A stretch of DNA of 63,610 bases, the filler included, from Stramenopiles sp. TOSAG23-2 (taxonomy: Eukaryota), in the NCBI GenBank assembly GCA_900128395.1. It is 6 parts of 6 records of this genome, joined end to end, with 100 filler letters (N's around TTAATTAATTAA, not from the genome) between each part and the next. Parts side by side here need not be neighbours in the genome. Positions count along the whole stretch, not along the records: positions 55,431 to 63,610 come from LT650009.1; 5 more parts are not named here. One strand, 5' to 3'. Of the stretch, positions 55,431-63,610 are shown in pieces. The notes under the pieces are model-generated. The model was given only the letters and a program-made list of their open reading frames with translations. It did no database searches and was not told the origin of the DNA. The number at the start of each line of letters is the position of its first letter. Positions within the stretch are counted from its first letter, which is position 1. The translations under genes were made by a program, and so were the position numbers.

Positions 55431-58400
55431 AAGTGCAAATACCCTAAAAATTCTCAACCCAAGACCAGGATACATAATAAACACAACTAAATTTGCCGTT
55501 TTCAAAACACGCGCATACAAAATTTTACTGTCGTAATGCGGTTTGCATAGCTTACAACACATAATCGCTTTGTAAATTTTAGCTGTTAACCACGCCGCTG
55601 CAATGACCGAAAGCAAGATTGGCAGCATCGCCATATGCATGTAAAATTGCGATATATAATCTGAACCTACAACGCACCCAAAATCTTTGAATAAACTGAA
55701 CAGATCAATGTTGAATGGAGCGTACATTATGGTCATTAAACTATCAAATTCGACTGGCCAATTAATATTAAATGTTAAATTAAATGATGAAAGGATTTGG
55801 CCCCATCCAAATATGATTTTAATCGTAGGGCCCATATTTTTTATGCCGTCCAAGTTAATTGATGGTGCTGACATTTTCGGCATAGTCAGCGATGGAGCTG
55901 ATGTGTTCGGGGTGGAATCAACATTTAGTGAAACAGCTTCATTGTTACTTGCGATTGTAGTCCCTTCCTTCACTGCAAAATCCCCGCTTTCATTTGAGTC
56001 ATTGCCCGTTTCCGTTGCATTTGTTTCCCCACCACCTTTGTTTCCCGTTTCCGGTGCATTTGTTTCCCCACCACCTTTATTTCCCGTTTCCGGTGCATTT
56101 GTTTCCCCACCACCTTTATTTCCCGTTTCCGTTGCATTTGTTTCCCCACCACCTTGACTATTGTTTTGATTCTGGGTATTAGACATATGCTGCGTTGAGC
56201 TTTCATTGACATCCTGGCTTGCATCCGCAACGCGTTGCGATGCTTCTTCCTCCTGCTTTTGAACCATTTCTGCTATGCGATCTTCGTTCTCCTCTACGAC
56301 TTGATTAATTGTTGCATTTAAATTCAAATCTCCCAAAGCGCGTACATGTATCTGGCGCTTTGATTTTTTCTCCAGATCCTTTTCCTTCTTGTTAATGTCC
56401 TCAACAATCTTGTGCACGTCCAAAGCAAGGCTCTTTTCAGCACCTCTTGGATTACGAATCCTCTCTAGCGTGTGTGCCCACAATGCCAGGAAAACTTTTT
56501 CTCGCACTTCTCCATCACCATCTACATCAAAGGCTTTGAAAATCACATGCAACTCCTTATCTGATATTTGATCTTTTGTATAACCTGCATATTCTCTAAC
56601 TGCTTCTAAATATTCATCAACTTCAACGCTGCCACTATCATCCGCATCAAGCATCTGAAAGAGCATGCCGCTACGTGTCAAATTGAACACATTAAAGCCA
56701 TAGAAAGCGACAAGTAAAAACATCCCTAAAGACGTCGTTAATGCCTCATAATCATAACCTTGGCCTTTTAGTTCCTCGCATGATGCGCAATAAGTTCGTC
56801 CTTCACGTTCAGGATGTTGCATTTCTATATATTCACCGAATGGCCCACATTTATTGCACAATGGTCCCATTCTTCCTATCGCGCATTGACTTGCGACTGT
56901 TTTGGACGTATTATCATCACTTATTGTTATACTTTCGTTACTTGATAGAAGTTTTCTGTCGTCGCCATTTGTAGGTTTTCCGGCGTCTCCATCTACTATG
57001 CCCCCTACACAATGCGTTGAAGTTGATGGATCAGTTCCAGGAAATTCAACATCTTTACATTTGAAAAACTTCACCGTATCTGGATTCGCGCGATAAAAAC
57101 CACGCAAAGCAACTAAATCACTTAGTTTTTGACCCGGAGTTGTACAACTAACTGCCAAATCATTGCCAACTTTCGGGCATTCCCTACAACGCCTTGTATC
57201 CTTATTCTTGGGATCTAATTCCGTCGTATCCGATGCATTGACTGATTTGCGCGCGTCATAATAACCAGCTGCGCAACTACATACGGTACTAGACTTTGCA
57301 CCGACTTCAACACCGTCGCTATTTGCAATAACATCCGTGCATAATAAACAAGATGTTTGCTCCTTTAAATCTTGATACCTACCAGATTCACACAACGTAC
57401 ATGCTAATGCGACTCGCGTTCCATCAACAGATGTTCCAACACTGTATTTTCCAGCTGGGCAAATAGAACATTCAGTAATTTTCTCGCCCGTCTTTGGATC
57501 GGTATCTGAATCTAATGTACTTATTCCTTGGTATCGACCAGGTTCACATGGTAAGCACCTGCCTGGCATGCGGCCTTGGTGGTAACCAGCTGGACATTTA
57601 GTAGTAGATTTTGCATTAATTGTACACAAATTCGTTGTTTCTGTTCCTTCTAAATACAACCCGTCGTTACACGTATAAGTGCCGTCGGCATGCGTTCTGC
57701 ACTTCGAAGTTTCTCCAGGTGCTAAAACACACGTCGATTGCGCATTGCCAGTGGCACAGCAGGCCGCATTACACTGACGATTAAAATTTGATACATGCCT
57801 CCACGCCGTCACATCATCTTCTAATTCTGTATTTCCATTTACATCGCTAAATTCCTTTGCCTTGCCTGCATAATTATTTCCAAATGTAGATGCCCGAATA
57901 GTAGCTTTAAAATGCTTTGAGTCGCATGCCAATTCGTCGCATTTGTAATCACCATTGTTGCTGCCTTTGTCAAGCTTAATAGCACCGCCATCTCCTTGCA
58001 CCACGCCATTATCCATAAAAAATGCATCTCTAATGAAAACTTTCATGATAGACTTCTTTGCGACGGTTCTCCCCCCCAGTGCATTCAAAGCCCCGCCACT
58101 TTTCCATGCATAATTCTTTGTAAATGTTGACCCGTTAAGAATCTGCGCTTCCATTGAGCCATGGCTACCAAATGCACGACGAATACTGGCAACTTTATTA
58201 GACGCGGTTCTTTCAACAATTCGTTTGTACCTAATACCTAAACCAAGCGAAATTGCACCTCCAAATCCCCCCGTCAACACGCCAAACGTATCTACGGGAC
58301 CACGAGCCACCGACATCGCCAAATTCTTCTCAAATTTACAATTATAGCACTTAAATGTTGTAGTGACAGGTAAACCCGCAGCTTGCAGATCTATTCTCTC

Positions 58401-61400
58401 CTTGTAATTCGAATCACTAGTATAAACGTCCATATCTGGGTCTACGATTACACGACCTGGCTGCGGACTTTCAACAAATATTGCCCCACCATTACCCGTT
58501 ACTCGATTGTTTCGAAAGGTGCACCCTTTACACGTGAATGATTTCCCAGAGAAAAATATTGCACCCCCATGGTGTTTACCAACGGCACCTACGGCAGTTT
58601 CTACGGATGGCTGCGGTCTTTCACAAAATTTGGAAGTAAGTGCATATGCTGGACCTGCAACGGCAATAGCTGCATCGTCCCCTAGTAGATTTGGATCCAG
58701 CAATATGCGATCCAAGGTTGATGATGTTACAGTCGTTTGTATTGGACTGTTTTCAAGATGTTCGGTTAACATTGGGTTAAAATCAACATCGTCGGAAATG
58801 CCTGCATTTTCGAATTGAATATTATTCACCGTCAGCTCGGCATTTTCGTTAAACATTTTTATTATGCGCATATTGTAACTTTTCATGTATGATGTATCGA
58901 TATCGTTCCTTGTAACACCTTCCTCTGTTCGTGCCGGGATAATTGAAGGCATTTGGAATTCCGATGGGGATATAACAGTGTCAGCCGGTGCTATAATAGG
59001 TTTAAATGTATCATTGTAATATCCAGCAGCACTGATTGAAATTTTGTTAAAACTTGAAAGAATGCCAGAAGTCTTTGGTACAAGTTCTCCAGCTTTGTAT
59101 GGTGCCATGGCAGCATCCTCGAAAATGTAAAAATCAAAATCTTCAATATTTGTACTACTAGCTTCTTTCCCCCTTTTCAATACTTTCAAAAAAGTACCTT
59201 TTTTACTTGACCATACACAGTTCTCTCCAGCTTGGCTTGGATCACATCTAGGTACCAAGTTATTCTCGCCTTGACCGTTTTGAAGTATCTCCCCAATTTT
59301 TACTCCATTACGCCCACAGCTGTGCGTTGGTAGCTCTACAGTTAACTTCGAGCCGGATAATGTCGCTGTTGCGTCAGTAGGAAAAGATACAGGTCCGAAT
59401 TCGTTAGTTGTGTAAATAGAACGCTGCGTTTCTCCAAGATTTAAATCCAATGTTTCGGAACCGCCGTGGCATACATACGTACAAGGCGCATTGTAGCAAA
59501 CAATTGGCATTTGTCCTTTGTCGATAATCACGTCTGAATTTACCATAGGTTTTTTAGGCTCAGACATTGTTGCTTCAATGCAAGTAGAGGTACCACCGGC
59601 ATTTCCAACTTTCACTTTGCCTTTACCAACTGCCGTTCCCATCATACCCATCATGCTATCATGTTGTTCAAGTTCCCCATCTACTTTAATGGTGAAATCC
59701 GTTAAAGGATCCCCGAGATCAGAGCCAAAAGGCCACATCTGTATATTGGTGACTTTTCTTATCGCAGTGTAACATATAACTTTTGTCTGTGGGGAAAACT
59801 CGTACCCAGCAAATTGGCCTGTGTGTTCAGGCTTGGTATATTTCACTTTTAATTGCTTTGAATCAATAACAGTAACTGCCACTTCTGCATCTTTCGATTC
59901 TCGTTTACCAGGAATAGATACTGTCACGATGTCACCAGTTGATTGTCGATGTGGGCCAGGAAAAGTCAAAGTCAATTCACCATTTAGGTATACTACATTT
60001 TGCACTTGTTGCAACACAGGGGAACGACTAATTACTTCTAACGTGTCTTTTAAATAAAATGGACCTGCATTGGCATGTAATTGGATATCAAGCGTAGTTG
60101 CTCCAGTCAGCAAACCGGCGGTATTGTCGACGGCAAAAGCCCTTTGTAATGCGCTGCCGGGGCTACAAAACTTTTTCACCAAGTTTTTATTTAACACAAT
60201 CTTTGCTACGGTCCCTACTTTTGAAAATCCAGCATTGGTTCCAATTAAAACGCTTTCTTGCGCATCCATCGTTGCATTTATTTGATATGACATCAACAGG
60301 CGATTATTTACCTGAACTAAAAAAACGCTATCGTCACAAGACCTTAAAGATACTGAGCTACCATCAGCTTCTTTCCAATATAAAACGTTGTTTAAAGCAG
60401 GTATAGGCTCCCCATTATTTAATGCTTCCCGTGTAGTTTGAAAGTATTTCGTGATCCCAGTTCCTACTTTGGCAACATTCAAGTTTGTGTTCAATACAGG
60501 CGCTGAAACAATTACAGCAGCATTGTGGGAGCTTTTCTGTATTGCCAGGGGTGAAATTGGATTTTTGAATTGAACACCAACATTTGTTTTTAACGGATCG
60601 AATCTTGAAATAACCATTTCATACCTAAACGTGCTTTTTGCTACCCATAAACCTGAGCTCCACCCCATGGCTTTGATATCTACCATAATATTTTTACTAA
60701 ATTCATTTGCATTAAAATTTATTGGTGAGGAAACATTTCCAGATGGAATGTTAAATATATTTTCATCTGCAGAAAATGATATTTCAATAGATTTAAAATT
60801 ACTTCTGGCATATATGGTAAAATTACTCAATGTGCCAGTAGAAACATAGTATGGACCTTTGAAATCCGATGTGAATCTCGGCCAGATTTGATATCCAACG
60901 TTGTCTGCAGTATCCACTGCGCCAACCGCTAAAGATAATAATCTTGGACGTGTACATAGAGGTTGGTGCAAACGTCGCAATTTATACTCAAGATTCATCA
61001 TAACGCTTGTTTCGCATCTAAAATCTTCAGAGGGTATACTTTTTTGTGCTGGCGCCTGACATTTTCCTGTATACCGTTTCCCTGATGCGTGCAAACTGCA
61101 CCGCCGAAACAGCCAGCAGCACGATTTACAACAGTGGTAGTCGTAACATTATTTGAATCCGTATTTGTAACATTGTACGTAGCGACGGTACCCGTGACTG
61201 TGTTGTGAGTACAGCTAATCGACTTGGTGGAACCACCATATCTAGTATTCATTTCATTGATCAAAGTCTCATTTACTATTGATTCATTATACGGTAAATA
61301 TTTTGTCCAAATTGTTAATTTGCATGATTTTGATGGACAATCACTATGACGTGAACAAAATGGATAGTTTGGATTATCAGTATCTTTGACCGTCTCAAAC

Positions 61401-63610
61401 GTTGTACAGTCCTTTGATGTAATTTGCTCGGAGGTATCTTGCAACATATTCACTAAACCTTTTGCAAGGCACTCAGGATCCGTGCATTTCGTAGTATCTG
61501 TCGTCTTGCATGCATTATCTGTCACTTTCGAACCATATGTAATTGAAAAAATGGGTGACATTAACATTCGTACTTTTACATTTGGCTCCGATTTAGCGGA
61601 GATTTGTGCTCCAGGGAGTGTCGATTGATATGAGCACGCAACAACTTTTAAAGTCGTCTTTAAACCGCTTTCACCACTATTGATTGGAAACGTATATTTA
61701 TATCCATAAACCGTACCACCGTTGGTATTAGTCTTAATTTGATTTCCAACTCTGCACTTGATTTCACTCTTCTCTGTCTCCGGCTTTGGTTGCATATTAT
61801 CCATTGCAGGCATAGACATTCCCTTATTTCTCCAAATATCACAAACTGGGTTAGGTAACGTATCATAACCTCCTCCACCTTTCGTATAACATAGAGTAAC
61901 CGGTGCCTCCGGATATGGGTAACTCCCCGTAACACCATCTTTGAAATTTGTGTCATTACAATGATTATCGTCTTTGAAAAGACGATCTACGCTCATACCC
62001 TGCCTAATCATGGTGAAATCACAACATTTAAAATGGTTGAAATCTGATGGTTGAGATGGTTTTTCTGTGTCTCCAAATTCTGTTTTGGTGGGGCAATTAA
62101 ATGAATTACTATCCGCATCTTTCTTTTTCCAAGCTTGGTAAAATTCCCCGGTACTATCTTCCGTAATTGTAAGCTCCAGTTCATTTTCCATATTTGGTGC
62201 CATGTATGCTACAGTTTCATTTCGATTATTAATGCTTGTAGATTCAATCTCCACATCGTTTTCAAATGTTCCTATAATTTTTAATCCATTCATAATATAT
62301 GGCGTTCTTTGTTGTTCGCCATAGCCTGTATTAATTTGGCCTATATTGCCACCAGCTGCGCAGCTAGTCCCGTCGTAATAACAACCTGCTTGACTGTTGG
62401 AACATTGAACTCTACCTATACACATCGAACAAGTATCTTCACAAGTAGGACCAGCTAGCCGCCTTCCATTTCCACTTCCACTTCCACTTCCAAATGGTGT
62501 TGAACCATAATCAATTCCTGCACTTGTTCCTCCAAGCGAAGCCTTACTCTGAAAATCACTGCATCTTTCGTAACTTGATTCTACATTTAATTCAGCTTCA
62601 CAATCAGTTTGTGTATCGTATACTTTTCCAGTATATGTATCGATGATCGGACCATCATTTGTCGATGGATAAGTTGGAGTCCCTTTGTCATCATTCTTAT
62701 TGTATCTTACATGCATTTTCTTGCTTCGCCACGCTTGAACACTTTTACTACCAAGGATAACATTTGCATTTTTACAAACACCTGGTAAGCTGTTGCCATT
62801 TAATGACCAATCACAGCTGCCATGGCAGCAATCTGAATCACCACGGCAAGGATTTAAATCCCGTGTACAATTTAACACTTGGCATGTACCCGCGTTAGCC
62901 GATGAAGTAACAGGAATATTATTCAGTGGTAAACCTTCACAATACATTTGTTTTCCACTTTCAGTATCCACGCCACATGCTTGATTGAGTCCACATTTAT
63001 CCCCTTTCTCACATAAACCTTCCCCATTTACTTGATCACATGCGGCTTTGCATTTATTGTCATCTCCACATTTGCCGCCTGCAAAGCAATCTTCATCTGA
63101 GATACAAGTTTCACCTTCCCCGCAGTAACCTTGCTTAGTGACACATTCACAATTACTATTATCATAAAAACAACCTGCGGATTCACAACTTGTTGAATCA
63201 ACTTGCTTTTCACACTCATCTTGATTATTCGCAGCACCTAGGGTACACTGGCATTTATTTGCAGTACAATTTTTAGAAATGCATTCTGCATTTGCCCCAC
63301 AATCTTGTTCATTTAAAAACAGAACAACCTCAGTAACGCAGACATCTTGCCCTAATTCTTGATCGTATTCACATGCCTTTCCAGGACAACATTGCGGCCC
63401 ATTTCCACTCATACACATCTCACCTTCCGGCAAACATTTAAGCGAACACATACCAGCTGCATCATAATCACACGAATCGTAATTGTTACACTTTTCTTCT
63501 GTGTCGCAATATTCACACGACATAGGGCCACATTCGCTTTTTGCTAGGCATTCCTTTCCGTAATAACCCCCACCGTAATTACCTCCGCCACCGCTGCCGC
63601 CATAACGGCT
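55431..63610 (-). CDS. Giant Cys-rich surface receptor-like membrane protein, partial at both ends, with a frameshift near 61090
   Basis: Two overlapping ORFs (841 and ~1890 aa); the frame is open to the window end. Contains EGF-like Cys repeats, GGAI/FxxN (Pmp-like) repeats, TNFR/GCC repeats, a TM helix, an EF-hand pair and a KIIFGWGQI...INWP multi-TM domain. Confidence 0.8.
56005..56155 (-). repeat. Coding tandem repeat, ~4 x 39 nt (GGGETNA[P/T]ETGNK)
   Basis: Unit CCCGTTTCCG[T/G]TGCATTTGTTTCCCCACCACCTTT[G/A]TTT read directly from the sequence. Confidence 0.92.

Noticed and set aside
56005..56155. 39-nt direct repeats that could look like a CRISPR array
   Set aside because: No unique spacers; unit length is a multiple of 3 and lies in frame in a CDS.

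Overview
AT-rich eukaryotic nuclear DNA with the standard genetic code and few introns. It most likely comes from a flagellated heterotrophic stramenopile; this is inferred from a SIG1/Ocm1-type mastigoneme-like C-terminus, Rab28 and giant Cys-rich surface proteins. The window is not one locus. It is six unlinked contigs (1-11028, 11129-22151, 22252-33246, 33347-44293, 44394-55330, 55431->63610), ordered by decreasing length and joined by 100-nt N/TTAATTAATTAA linkers. Recognisable genes: 3-hydroxybutyrate dehydrogenase, Rab28, UBE2T, a three-repeat Myb, intron-split nagA, PP2A B56, USP14 and RPN11 head-to-head, MED8-like, PhyH-UBA, PYROXD2, an atypical kinase, a tetraspanin, kinesin-4, tRNA-Ser(GCT) and a >2700-aa surface receptor-like protein. 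Contig 2 is an 11-kb spacerless palindrome, and several abrupt gene-fragment junctions suggest whole-genome-amplification or assembly chimeras. The most interesting non-coding signals are a recurrent ACGAA-N-TTCGT palindrome downstream of stop codons, GpC-rich/CpG-poor motif islands in promoter regions, and an ~85-bp repeat shared by two contig starts. I found no clearly proven new system; the candidates are ranked below.
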